Shown piece by piece: positions 22,502 to 32,991 of a stretch of 37,473 nt of DNA; the stretch's first letter is position 1, and each line of letters begins with the position of its first letter. The notes below the pieces were generated by a model. That model saw only the letters and a program-made list of their open reading frames with translations. It did no database searches and was not told the origin of the DNA. This DNA is from Rhodospirillales bacterium (GTDB lineage: Bacteria; Pseudomonadota; Alphaproteobacteria; Bin95), in contig JAYQLI010000032.1 of NCBI GenBank assembly GCA_038143065.1, positions 1 through 37,473 of the forward strand. Direction: 5' to 3'. Position numbers and translations under genes: made by a program.

Positions 22502-23088
22502 AAATAATTATTCTAACTTTTTTAATGGGAGTTTATCATTACGAATAGTCATGTTAAATGTCTTCTTGCTGTTTTTCGCGTTCGTGTTTTTTGGCTACTT
22601 GTTATTATGAATAATAATTTAGAATATCTTAATTGATATTGGAGCTAGTTTGTGAGTCTCTGGTAACGGTCTCGCTCCCGAGGATCCGCAGGTGATAGCC
22701 ATTATATTGCCACCGCCAGTTTACTAGTGACGTCGACTCTTGCTCAGTTTGGCAGTCACGCAATTCCAATCGTAATTGGAGCCTATTATTTTAAAAGTTG
22801 CTCGACTAATTAAACAAAATTTTAAAAAATTACCCTTCCAAACAAAGAAGTTATATTCATCGGTCTTTGGGGATTTTAATGCTTGATGCAACAACTCGAG
22901 GTTGGATAGTTATTTATGCGCGCGACTCTTCCAGGTGCTGAACAAACTTTAAAATCTAGTAATTCAAGTGTCGAAGATTACTGTTGTAGACCGTTTAGCT
23001 CATGGCTTTGGACAAGTATTAAATCTCGTTCCTCATCAGAAAAGTGCTTTGTTATGGAAGAAGTTCGCACTCTAGAATTTTAAGCCGT

Positions 23089-23853
23089 TTAAAATAGAAA
23101 CCAAAATCCAATATTTATACCGTCAAACATCAGTTTAACTGATATGAGCAATAGTGCCCAAGTTACAAAATTGTAAAATACAGGTTCCGGAATGACTTTA
23201 ACGGCTTTGACGCCGATGAATACAGCCAAAGACGCTGGCAGCATCAAATATAGCGATACGTAAGTACTTTCGTAATCGATCTGCCCTAACCAAACATACG
23301 GAAATAACTTTATGAAATTGACGTATGAAAATGCTATTACTGATGTTCCGACAAACACGGATTTAGGTAAGTTTAAGCGCAGGGTGAATATTTGCCATGG
23401 TGGCCCACCATTGTGACTAATGAAACTTGTAAAACCTGCAATGGTTGTCCAAAAGATCCCTTGGCTGACCTTAATGGCGACCCGTTCATCAGGTAGGCTA
23501 GATTGCTTTTGAAGTAACATTCGCAACGCGAATATCGCTCCCATACAACCAATTAAAAATGTTATAACCCACTCGATAATCATATGTGCAGTAAATGCGC
23601 CTATAATTACTCCTAGCATCATTCCAATAAAAGCAATTTTCAGTACCTTAGGGTTATACTCCCTCCGATAAGCGAAAAGTGCAAAAACGTCAGAAACAAT
23701 GTAGACGGGTAAAAGTAAGCCTGCAGCAGCAATCGGAGACATTACAAGTGAAAGACTGGGGACTGCTAAAGTCGCCATCACAGGAAGACCACCTTTCCCC
23801 AAACCAACAAATATAGCGGCAAGGGTAGCGGATACCCAAAATGTTAAATCCAT
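23089..23853 (-). CDS. TauE/SafE (TSUP) family membrane protein
   Basis: 254 aa hydrophobic protein with VGLGKGG, AAGLLLPVYIVSD and GFTSFISHNGGPP. Confidence 0.85.
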   Translation of the reverse strand: MDLTFWVSATLAAIFVGLGKGGLPVMATLAVPSLSLVMSPIAAAGLLLPVYIVSDVFALFAYRREYNPKVLKIAFIGMMLGVIIGAFTAHMIIEWVITFLIGCMGAIFALRMLLQKQSSLPDERVAIKVSQGIFWTTIAGFTSFISHNGGPPWQIFTLRLNLPKSVFVGTSVIAFSYVNFIKLFPYVWLGQIDYESTYVSLYLMLPASLAVFIGVKAVKVIPEPVFYNFVTWALLLISVKLMFDGINIGFWFLF

Positions 23854-23874
23854 AATGTTGTTCTATTCATACTG

Positions 23875-24693
23875 TTAGCTCTGAAGTTCTATGTAGGCAA
23901 ATCTATACCCTTTGGGATCCCAGCAGGGAACGTTGATTGATCCTTGGCCGCCAAAAATCTTTTTTATCACAGTAATCTCATGGTTACGAAGATTAAGAAG
24001 CTTTAGTTCGACGTGCTTTTGTCGAGGATGGCCTTTGGTTCCAGAAGCATAGGACATATACAGCACAGCATCATCGCTTGGCGACGGATGGGGGAACCAA
24101 TCCACTGTTGGGCCAGAAGTCATTTGGGATAATTTGGTTCCGTCAGGATGCATGCGCCAGAGGTTCATCTCTCCTCCACGTTCCCCATTAAACCAGATCC
24201 AGCGGCCATCGGCGCTAAAGTCTGGACCATCTGTGTGTTCAAAACCGTTGGTGAGTATATTCTCTTTTCGAGTTTTAAGGTCGCATGTGCAGATACAAAA
24301 ATTATTTTCTCTATGTGCTGTGTAGGTAATTGTTTGGCCGTCAGGTGAAACTCCGTGCCACCAAGATGGATTATTTTTAGTGATTTGGATGCATTTGTTT
24401 GCATTAATATTTTTTTGAAAAATTACTGAATTTCCATTTACATCATTGTTACTTAGGAAAAGTGTCGTCCCGTCTGGAGATATTCCGTGATCATTATTAA
24501 GAGTAGTTAGTTCGCCTGTATTGTGAAGCAGCAAAACTGGGTTATTTAAGTCTATTTCAAACAAAAGGCCGTCACTATTAACAAAAATTGTGTCGTTACT
24601 GTGCCAGTTTGGAGCCTCAATTAAACGATCCGTAGTGAGTAATGCTTCAAAACATGACAGACGAGTATCAAAAATTACAAGTTTATATTTCAT
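23875..24693 (-). CDS. TolB-like / PD40-repeat beta-propeller protein of unknown function
   Basis: IEAPNW, NNDHGISPDG, WHGVSPDG, DGPDFSADGRWIWFN, WFPHPSP, GGQGSINVPCW. Probable start is ATG 24693. Confidence 0.8.
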   Translation of the reverse strand: MKYKLVIFDTRLSCFEALLTTDRLIEAPNWHSNDTIFVNSDGLLFEIDLNNPVLLLHNTGELTTLNNDHGISPDGTTLFLSNNDVNGNSVIFQKNINANKCIQITKNNPSWWHGVSPDGQTITYTAHRENNFCICTCDLKTRKENILTNGFEHTDGPDFSADGRWIWFNGERGGEMNLWRMHPDGTKLSQMTSGPTVDWFPHPSPSDDAVLYMSYASGTKGHPRQKHVELKLLNLRNHEITVIKKIFGGQGSINVPCWDPKGYRFAYIELQS

Positions 24694-24697
24694 GACA

Positions 24698-25610
24698 TTA
24701 CCTTTTATCTGGGGATCCATAGAGCGCCGCAAATATGCCTGCTGCAATAATCAACATGATGCCGATACTGCTCAAAGTTGTCGGTACTTGATTAAAAATT
24801 ATCCAACCTAAACCTGATGCCCATACTATGTGCAAATAGTTTACCGGTGCTAGTTGAGAAGCTGGGGCGTACCTATACGCAGATGTAAACAAAAAATGTC
24901 CCGTCATCGCGCACATGCCGAGGATTAAGAATAAAAAGGTATCAAAAATCGTTAAGTTGCTACTCGGGAAATTTGATCCAATCGAAAGCGCTCCAAAAAA
25001 TATGGAACCAATCCAAAGCGTATGGAAAAGCATTGCCAAGGTTGTCTCCGACGATGTTAAGAGCCGAGTTAATATGTGATATGCTACAGCGAAAATTACA
25101 TTTATGAGAACCAAAGCGACACCGAATGAATTCAAGCCACTACTGGGTCTAACGATAACAATAACGCCGATGAACCCGCACATAGCACTAAACCACCCAG
25201 TAGCACTGACACGTTCGTTTAAAAATGTCTTTGCAGCGATCATGACTAAGAATGGTGCCAGGTAGACAATTGATATAGTCTCGGCTAAGGGCATCAATTT
25301 TAATGCAAATCCTAAAGTTAAAGAAGCAAACGCAAGACAAAGTGCTCGAACGACCACAAGCCATGTGTTCGTTGTACTCCACAGATGTCTACCATTGGAA
25401 GGGTAACTCAAAGCGCTTAAAATTATCAGACCGATTGCATATCTCGCAAAAACAACAATGCTCACTGGATAGTTTATTGTGAGATGTTTAGTAATCGCGT
25501 CTGATAGTGCAAACGCTAGAACTGCTAATGCGACATAAATAAACGCACGGATTGGGCGATATATTAAATTGCTCGAGGTTAAATCATGTGTTTGAGTAAT
25601 CCCAGTTTCT
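24698..25610 (-). CDS. DMT/EamA-family transporter; start uncertain
   Basis: Multi-helix protein with FLNERVS, VIVRP and AYRYAPASQLAPVNY. The frame stays open upstream of 25465 (RPIRAFIYVALAVLAFALSDAITKHL) to about 25610. Confidence 0.82.
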
Positions 25611-25651
25611 CGTCAAAGAGTGCAAACGATTATGAACTGTTTGAGTGCGTT

Positions 25652-26701
25652 TTAATAAGTGTTTGACGAAGATACATGGATCCTTGATGTGCTTGCTCGA
25701 ACAATTAATTCGACATCGACTATTTCTGCGGAGTATGGATTTTTCAGTTCTTTGTTCTGTTCAAGAATTTCTGAAAGTTTTTCGGCAGCTCTCAGCCCAA
25801 TAAACTTTCTATTTTGTCTGATCGTAGTGAGTGCTGGAACAAAGTTATCCGCAAGTGAAATATCGTCAAAGCCGACGACGGATATATCCTTTGGGACATT
25901 CAAGCCTGAAGATGTAAGCGCAGATATCAATCCAAAAGCAACTTCATCAGATGCACAAAATACAGCTGTGGGACGATCTTTCATGTCCAAAATTCGGTGT
26001 CCTGCTTCCACTCCCGAAGCAACCGAAAAGTCTCCCCTGATTATCCATTCTGGATTGAAGGGTAAACCAAGTCTTTCTCTTTCGTGATTCAGGCTATCGC
26101 GTCTGATCAAAGTGAGAACATTGTTTTCTGGTCCGGTAACATGTGCGATTTTTCGGTGACCCAACTCGTACAAGTGACGAAACGCAAGTTTTGCGCCTTT
26201 CTCGTTATCACTGCGGATTGAAGGGTAATTTTCATTGTCGACCCACTCACAAGCAAAGACAATTTTATCGTCCACATTGAAAGCGCTGAATTTATCAAGT
26301 TGATTTGATTTGAAGTTTCCATCAAGGCAAATCATTCCATCTATCGTGCCGTCTGAAAAAGACTCGATGACGCGCATTTCTTTTTCATCGAGATGCTGAC
26401 TATCAGTTATTAGCACTGAGTACTTGGTTCTTGAAAAACCTTTACTTATGCCAGACAAAATTTCAGAAAAAAACGGATTACCTAAGTTTGGTACGCAAAC
26501 TAATATTGCGTTGGCCTTTTGTCTTCGTAAACTTTGTGCCGTCTTGTTAATTCTATAGCCTGTTGAATTTATCGCGTCTGAAACCGCTTTTAGGGTCGCT
26601 TCGGACAGTTTTTGAGGATCGTTAAGCGCTCGGCTGACGGTGGCTGTTGAAACGCCAGCAACGCGTGCAACATCTTGAATTTTTGCTGTTTTATGTTTCA
26701 T
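25652..26701 (-). CDS. LacI-family transcriptional regulator
   Basis: KIQDVARVAGVSTATVSRAL, NPFFSEIL, VPKDISVVGFDD, ELIVRAST. Probable start is ATG 26701. Confidence 0.95.
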   Translation of the reverse strand: MKHKTAKIQDVARVAGVSTATVSRALNDPQKLSEATLKAVSDAINSTGYRINKTAQSLRRQKANAILVCVPNLGNPFFSEILSGISKGFSRTKYSVLITDSQHLDEKEMRVIESFSDGTIDGMICLDGNFKSNQLDKFSAFNVDDKIVFACEWVDNENYPSIRSDNEKGAKLAFRHLYELGHRKIAHVTGPENNVLTLIRRDSLNHERERLGLPFNPEWIIRGDFSVASGVEAGHRILDMKDRPTAVFCASDEVAFGLISALTSSGLNVPKDISVVGFDDISLADNFVPALTTIRQNRKFIGLRAAEKLSEILEQNKELKNPYSAEIVDVELIVRASTSRIHVSSSNTY

Positions 26702-26789
26702 TTTGCCAGTTGTTTTGAACGTTGCCTCAGTTTCATGGTTGGCAGAATTTATTTGGCTTGACAACATTATTAATAAAATAAGAAGCTAT

Positions 26790-26845
26790 ATGTAATCGAT
26801 TACAACGCTCACAGAGGGTCTGACGTGTATTGTAATCGATTACAT
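26790..26845. promoter_or_regulatory. Two LacI-family operators
   Basis: The perfect palindrome TGTAATCGATTACA occurs at 26791-26804 and 26831-26844, with central CG, between the divergent LacI and SBP genes. Confidence 0.85.
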
Positions 26846-26902
26846 TGTGCTGAATTGAAGCATGTCAAATTTGTGGTTTGTAGGGCCACATGGGAGGAAA
26901 AA

Positions 26903-28132
26903 ATGAAAATTATTCGTACTATTTTAGCAGCGACAACTGCGCTGACAGTAACGTCTGCAGCTCAAGCTACAGAGCTCGAGGTGATGCACTGGTGGACTTC
27001 AGGTGGTGAAGCCGCCGCAGTAGGTCAGTTCGCAAAAGCGTTTAACGCGACAGGTAATAACTGGGTCGATGCTGCAATCGTTGGGGGTGAGCAGGCGCGT
27101 GCGGTTATGGTTAGTCGCATCATGGGGGGAGACCCAATGGGTGCTTTCCAATTTAACCATGGTAGACAAGCTGAAGAGTTGATCGAAGCGGGTGTTCTTC
27201 GTGATATTACTGACATTGCGGAGGCCGAAGGTTGGAAAGACATCGTCAACCCGTCAAATCTGCTGGATGCTTGTACCGTTGACGGAAGAATTTATTGTGC
27301 GCCAGTGAATATTCACTCTTGGCAGTGGTTGTGGGTAAGTCATAAAGCGTTCGAAGATGCTGGTTTAGATGTTCCAACCAATTGGGATGAATTTGTTGCA
27401 GGTGCGCCTGCGCTTGAGAAAGCTGGTACGCTTCCAATGGCGATGGGGCAACAGGGATGGCAGCAGACCGGTGCTTTCAACGTTTTGATGGCAAGTTTAC
27501 TTCCAAGCGACGTATACATGTCAGTTTACGGTGATAAAAATACCGACGTTGCGGGCGGTGCTGATGTTGCGAAGGTTTTCCAAGCTGCAGCTGACGCGCG
27601 TGCTATGGCATCAAACTCGACTGTTCAAAACTGGAACGAAGCTACAAATCTTGTGATAACTGGAAAAGCTGGTGGTCAGATCATGGGTGATTGGGCTCAA
27701 GGTGAGTTTTCGGTCGCAGAAGCCAAAGCGGGTGAAGATTATAGTTGTCTTCCGGGACTTGGAGTGAACCCACGTCTTTCAACTGGCGGAGATGCATTTT
27801 ACTTCCCAGTGCTAAAAGACGATGCAAAGATTGCTGCACAGACTGAATTAGCAACATTGATGCTGAAACCCGAGACACAAGTTGCATTCAACTTGAGTAA
27901 GGGATCACTGCCAGTTCGTGGTGATATCGACATGTATGCGGCAAACGATTGCATGAGAAAAGGCCTAGATCTTTTGGCAAAAGGTGGACTTCTTCCAGAT
28001 ACAAATATGTTGCTGACACCTGATACCTCAACTCAGTTGAATGATTTGTTTGGTCAATTCTTCACTGATCCGAGTATTTCTGCTGCTGAAGCACAGAAAA
28101 CATTTGTAGACATCATCGCTGACGCCGATTGA
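26903..28132 (+). CDS. CUT1 ABC solute-binding protein, glucose/beta-glucoside (cellobiose-type) clade
   Basis: GGGAGG RBS, signal peptide, LEVMHWWTSGGEAAAV, CAPVNIHSWQWLW, QIMGDWAQGEF. From memory it resembles the Sinorhizobium meliloti SMc04259-type SBP; this needs BLAST confirmation. Confidence 0.88.
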   Translation: MKIIRTILAATTALTVTSAAQATELEVMHWWTSGGEAAAVGQFAKAFNATGNNWVDAAIVGGEQARAVMVSRIMGGDPMGAFQFNHGRQAEELIEAGVLRDITDIAEAEGWKDIVNPSNLLDACTVDGRIYCAPVNIHSWQWLWVSHKAFEDAGLDVPTNWDEFVAGAPALEKAGTLPMAMGQQGWQQTGAFNVLMASLLPSDVYMSVYGDKNTDVAGGADVAKVFQAAADARAMASNSTVQNWNEATNLVITGKAGGQIMGDWAQGEFSVAEAKAGEDYSCLPGLGVNPRLSTGGDAFYFPVLKDDAKIAAQTELATLMLKPETQVAFNLSKGSLPVRGDIDMYAANDCMRKGLDLLAKGGLLPDTNMLLTPDTSTQLNDLFGQFFTDPSISAAEAQKTFVDIIADAD

Positions 28133-28148
28133 TTTCATAATGAACGCA

Positions 28149-28177
28149 AAGCCAACTCAATTTATTTGGGTTGGCTT
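28149..28177 (+). terminator. Stem-loop after the SBP gene (stabiliser or leaky terminator)
   Basis: AAGCCAACTCAA-TTTAT-TTGGGTTGGCTT followed by ATTTT. Confidence 0.65.
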
Positions 28178-28201
28178 ATTTTAGACACGAAGAATGAAAT
28201 T

Positions 28202-29094
28202 ATGGATCAGAAGCGACCTAACCAACTTTTCAGAAATAAGACGGCAAAGATTGCGGCCATACCCATGATTTTGACCGCATTATTTGTATTCGTTGGGGGA
28301 ACAATTTGGACGATAACCTATAGTTTTACGAAATCCGGGTTGCTTCCCAAATTAAAGTGGGTGGGCTTCAAGCAGTATGACAGGCTTTGGGGAACTAAAA
28401 AATGGTTAGTGGCGATCGAAAACTTAGCAATTTATGGTATTTTAATGCTGTTATTGGTGTTTATTATTGGCTTTATACTCGCTGCGTTGATTGATCAAAA
28501 AGTTAGATTTGAAAATACGTTTAGAACAATAATCCTGTATCCATATGCGATGAGCTTTGTCGTTACAGGGCTTATATGGCAGTGGATGTTGAACCCTGAA
28601 TTTGGTGTGCAAAGTATTGTTAGAGATTTGGGTTGGGAGAGCTTTTCATTTGATCCACTCTACAATTCTGACATCGCAATATATGGAGTTCTCATAGCGG
28701 GCCTTTGGCAAGGAAGCGGCCTCGTTATGGTCCTAATGTTGGCTGGTCTCAGGGGCATTGATCAAGAAATTTGGAAAGCTGCAAAAATCGACGGCATTCC
28801 TACTTGGAAAACATATTTGATGGTCGTGATCCCGATGATGAGACCTGTGTTTATCACTACCTTAGTCCTTGTAACAGCAGGCATTGTTAAGGTTTATGAT
28901 TTGATAGTTGCACAAACAAGCGGTGGTCCAGGAATTTCGACCGAAGTGCCCGCGAAATATGTTTATGATGCCATGTTTAGCGGTCAAAACTTGGGGCAAG
29001 GATTTGCTGCATCGACAATGATGCTTTTAACCGTCGCTATTGTCGTCATACCCTGGGCGATATTGAATTTGGGGGTAACAAGAAGCATGGCTAA
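28202..29094 (+). CDS. CUT1 ABC permease 1 (MalF-like)
   Basis: LAGLRGIDQEIWKAAKIDG and TSGGPG. The natural end ...[10 protein letters not shown] (TAA 29092-29094) is reached by a 1-nt correction near 29060. Confidence 0.88.
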
Positions 29095-29987
29095 TTCAAG
29101 TGTGATGAATGTCGAGCCAAGTGGGCCGAAACCCAAGAAAACACTCTCTAGAAATAACATTTTTCTATACGGAACCTTATTCGTAATCGCAGTGTATTAC
29201 GCAGTACCTTTATATGTTATGATCGTTACGTCACTGAAGGGTATGCCTGAAATCCGTATGGGGAACTTATTTGCCCCACCGGTGGAAGTCACCTTTGAAC
29301 CATGGGTTAAAGCTTGGAGTGAGCAGTGTACCGGCTTAAAATGTGATGGATTAAGCACGGGTTTTTGGAATTCCGTAAGAATTACAATCCCATCTGTATT
29401 AGTTTCAATAGCAATTGCTTCAGTTAATGGCTATGCGCTTGCTAATTGGCGGTTCAAAGGGGCCAACTTTTTCTTCACTATTTTAATTTTCGGTGCGTTC
29501 ATTCCATACCAAGTCATGATTTACCCCATCGTGATCATGTTGAGAGAAATGGGGATATACGGCACACTCACTGGACTTGTAATTGTTCACAGTATTTTTG
29601 GTATGCCGATCATTACACTTTGTTTAGAAACTATTTTAGCTCCTTGCCAGAAGAACTGTTTAAAGCCGCACGTGTTGATGGTGCTGGTTTTTGGGGATCT
29701 TCTTCAGAGTCTTACTTCCGATGTCCGTACCGATTTTTACTGTTGCAGTGATCTTGCAGGTAACTGGTATATGGAACGACTTTTTGTTTGGCGTCGTATT
29801 CACGGGTCCAGAAGCCTACCCGATGACCGTGCAGTTAAATAGTATTGTGAACTCAGTCCAAGGTGTGAAGGAATACAACGTAAATATGGCGGCAACTATT
29901 CTTACAGCACTGGTTCCTCTGAGCATCTACTTTGTGTCTGGAAAATTGTTTGTGCGAGGTATCGCAGCCGGCGCGGTGAAAGGTTAA
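29087..29987 (+). CDS. CUT1 ABC permease 2 (MalG-like), frameshifts near 29620 and 29690
   Basis: MANSS start, [29 protein letters not shown] and [12 protein letters not shown] end. Confidence 0.88.
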
Positions 29988-29991
29988 ATCC

Positions 29992-31065
29992 ATGAATTCT
30001 GTTGAGATAAAAAAACTTGATCTTCATTTTGGTTCCGTTGAGGTCCTAAACGATCTTAATTTGGAAATTGAAAAAGGGGAGTTCTTAGTTCTTCTCGGAT
30101 CATCAGGTTGCGGCAAGTCAACTTTGCTAAACTGCATAGCAGGGCTTCTTGAAATAACGAATGGACAAATCTTTATTGAAGGCAAAAATGTAACCTGGTC
30201 AGAGCCGTCAGAACGCGGGATTGGAATGGTATTTCAATCTTACGCATTGTATCCGCAAATGACTGTGGAAGGAAATTTGTCATTTGGTCTAAAGAATGCA
30301 AAACTTCCAAAAGATGAAATTCAAGAAGCGTGTTGCTCGTGCTGCAGAAATTCTACAGATTGAGCCCCTTTTAAAGCGTAAGCCGTCGGCCCTTTCCGGT
30401 GGACAAAGGCAAAGGGTGGCTATTGGCCGTGCATTAGTACGTGACGTAGACGTATTTCTTTTCGATGAACCTCTTTCAAATTTGGATGCGAAACTCCGAG
30501 CTGACTTGCGCGTTGAAATCAAACAGCTTCATCAAAAACTTCATAATACGATGATCTACGTAACACATGATCAAATTGAGGCGATGACGCTAGCTGTTCG
30601 TATTGCCATCATGAAAGGTGGTAAAATTTTGCAGCTGGCATCTCCAGACGAGATTTATAATAAGCCAAAAGTCAAATATGTTGCAGAGTTTATCGGATCA
30701 CCAACAATGAATTTTATGAATGGCAGCATTAGTTCAAATCAATTCACCTCGGACCTATTCGATTGCGCGCTGGATGACTATGAACCAGACCAGCTGAATT
30801 TCTCTGGTGAAGCAATTTTGGGGTGCGCGCTGAGCATATCTTATCTGGAGAGTCTGCTTCACTGGCTCAAGTTCAATTGAAGGGGAGTGTTGAGCTGTTG
30901 GAGCCTTTAGGTTCCGATATTTTGGCACGGGTTAATGTTGATGGTTCTCTATTTTGGGTGCGATTAGATGGACAATCGAACGTAAGTTTGAACCAAGAGT
31001 TAGCGATAGGTTTTGGAACAGAAAACATACACCTTTTTGATGCTGTGTCTGAGCAGCGCATTTAG
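29992..31065 (+). CDS. CUT1 ABC ATP-binding subunit, frameshifts near 30325 and 30825
   Basis: [42 protein letters not shown] and a TOBE-like tail VELLEPLG. Confidence 0.92.
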
Positions 31066-31084
31066 CTAAACGATAGGAAAATCG

Positions 31085-31834
31085 ATGAATACATCATTCC
31101 AACTATATTCAGCTCGCGAATTCACGCCATGGGTTGATATTTACGAAATGCTTGCGAACCTTGGCTATAATCAAGTTGAAGGTTTCGGCGCAAACTATGT
31201 GGACGCGACAGAAACAAAGGAACAATTAGATAAAAATGGTTTAACTATGCCCACGGGCCATTTTTTTCCGATTGGGTCATTTGAAGAAGAACTGAATTCC
31301 ACGCTTAAGGCTGCTCGTGTGCTACAAATGGAACGTATTTTTTGTCCAGCACCTGAAGATTTATGGAGAAACGGAACTGATGCTGCGAATTGGAAGTCAC
31401 TTGCACAAAGACTAGAAGAGGCCTGTAAAAAGGTTAATGATGCGGGTTTTAGGTTTGGTTGGCATAACCACCACTGGGAATTCATGCCATTGCAAAGTGG
31501 AGAAATTCCAATGGAGATAATACTCGAAAACGCGCCTTCGATTGAATGGGAAATGGATGTTGCGTGGGTTGTGCGCGGAGATGCAGATCCAATCTCATGG
31601 ATAAATCGATTTGGGGATCGTATTACGACAGCACATGTAAAAGACATTGCCCCCACGGGTGAAAATGTCGATGAAGATGGCTGGGCAGATCCTGGTCATG
31701 GCACAATGGATTGGAAATCTTGTTACTCTGCGCTCACAAATGTTGGTGTAGACGTGTTTGTGATGGAACATGACAATCCATCTAACGTTTCACGGTTTGC
31801 ACAAAGAGCAATTAAAACTTTTAAATCACTTTAG
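31085..31834 (+). CDS. Sugar-phosphate isomerase/epimerase family TIM-barrel protein (AP endonuclease 2 fold)
   Basis: Intact 249 aa ORF. FQLYSAR, GWHNHHWEF and metal-ligand motifs EMDVAW, HVKD, MEHD. Confidence 0.9.
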   Translation: MNTSFQLYSAREFTPWVDIYEMLANLGYNQVEGFGANYVDATETKEQLDKNGLTMPTGHFFPIGSFEEELNSTLKAARVLQMERIFCPAPEDLWRNGTDAANWKSLAQRLEEACKKVNDAGFRFGWHNHHWEFMPLQSGEIPMEIILENAPSIEWEMDVAWVVRGDADPISWINRFGDRITTAHVKDIAPTGENVDEDGWADPGHGTMDWKSCYSALTNVGVDVFVMEHDNPSNVSRFAQRAIKTFKSL

Positions 31835-31842
31835 AGGCCAAA

Positions 31843-32975
31843 ATGTCAAAAAACTTGGAATAGGCATCCTGGGTTGTGGAAATATTTCAGCTGCATACAT
31901 GAAGCTCGCCCCATTATTTAATGGGATTGAAATTATTGGTTGCGCGGATTTAGACGCTAGCGCGGCCGAATTACGAGGGCAGGAGTTCGATATCAAGGCG
32001 ATGAGCATCGATGAGCTTCTTAGCGCGCCAGATATTGACATTATCGTTAACCTAACTGTTCCCGCAGCACACTTTGAGGTTTCAAGCAGCATCTTAAAGG
32101 CGGGAAAACATGTGTATTCAGAAAAGCCTTTTGTATTAAGTTTGGAAGAAGGCTTAAAGCTGCAAGAGGAAGCAAATAAACGAAATCTACGCGTAGGGTC
32201 TGCACCTGATACCTTTTTGGGTGGTTCACATCAGCTGGCACGAAAATTGATTGATGAAAATGAGATAGGAAAAGTTACTTCGGGTACATGCTTTGTGCAA
32301 AGCCCAGGTATGGAAATGTGGCATCCCAATCCAGACTTTTTCTTTAAGCCAGGTGGTGGTCCGATATTAGATCTGGGTCCTTACTATATATCCAACTTGG
32401 TGCAATTGCTTGGACCAGTCGAAAGAGTGTGTGCCATGAGTTCTTCGGCGTCTGAATATCGGACGATTACTTCGCAACCCCGAAGCGGGGAAAAGATAAA
32501 AGTTGAGACCCCGACAACAGTCCACTCAATTTTACTATTTAAATCAGGCGCTCAAATTAACTATTGTGCAAGTTGGGATGTCTGGGAACATTCTCACTCA
32601 AATATGGAACTTTACGGGCAAACCGGAACTATACATATTCCAGATCCCAATTTCTTCGGTGGCGAGGTAAGGGTTACTGATAAATCTGCTTTTGTAAATG
32701 CTGGAGGCTGGGACCATCCATTCGGTATTGCCAATAGTACTGACGGTAGAGGGATGCCAATGGCCAATTATAGATGTGCTGGGTTGGCGGATATGGCCCA
32801 AGCGATTGTTAATGGTCGAAATCATCGTTGTTCACTTGAGTTTTCACTGCATGTTGTGGACGTAATGACTTCTATTTTGCGATCTGGGGAAGAGTGCCGT
32901 TTCATTGATCTTTCGTCAACATGCGAGCGCCCAGAGTTTTTAGATGTAAATGACGCTCGAGAATTAATGGCGTAA
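31843..32975 (+). CDS. Gfo/Idh/MocA-family NAD(P) oxidoreductase
   Basis: GILGCGNIS, NLTVPAAH, HVYSEKP, SAPDTFLG, GGGPILDLGPYY. Likely start is ATG 31843 with one A missing from the following A-run. Confidence 0.92.
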
Positions 32976-32991
32976 AAAGGGAGGGCGCGTA

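Noticed and set aside
23875-24693. True TolB of the Tol-Pal system
   Set aside because: Too short, no signal peptide or N-terminal domain, and no tolQRA/pal neighbours.
28166-29842. 558-aa ORF that looks like a fused double permease
   Set aside because: Adding one base near 29060 restores a normal permease end ([10 protein letters not shown]) overlapping the next ATG at 29087. The fusion is best explained as an indel artefact.
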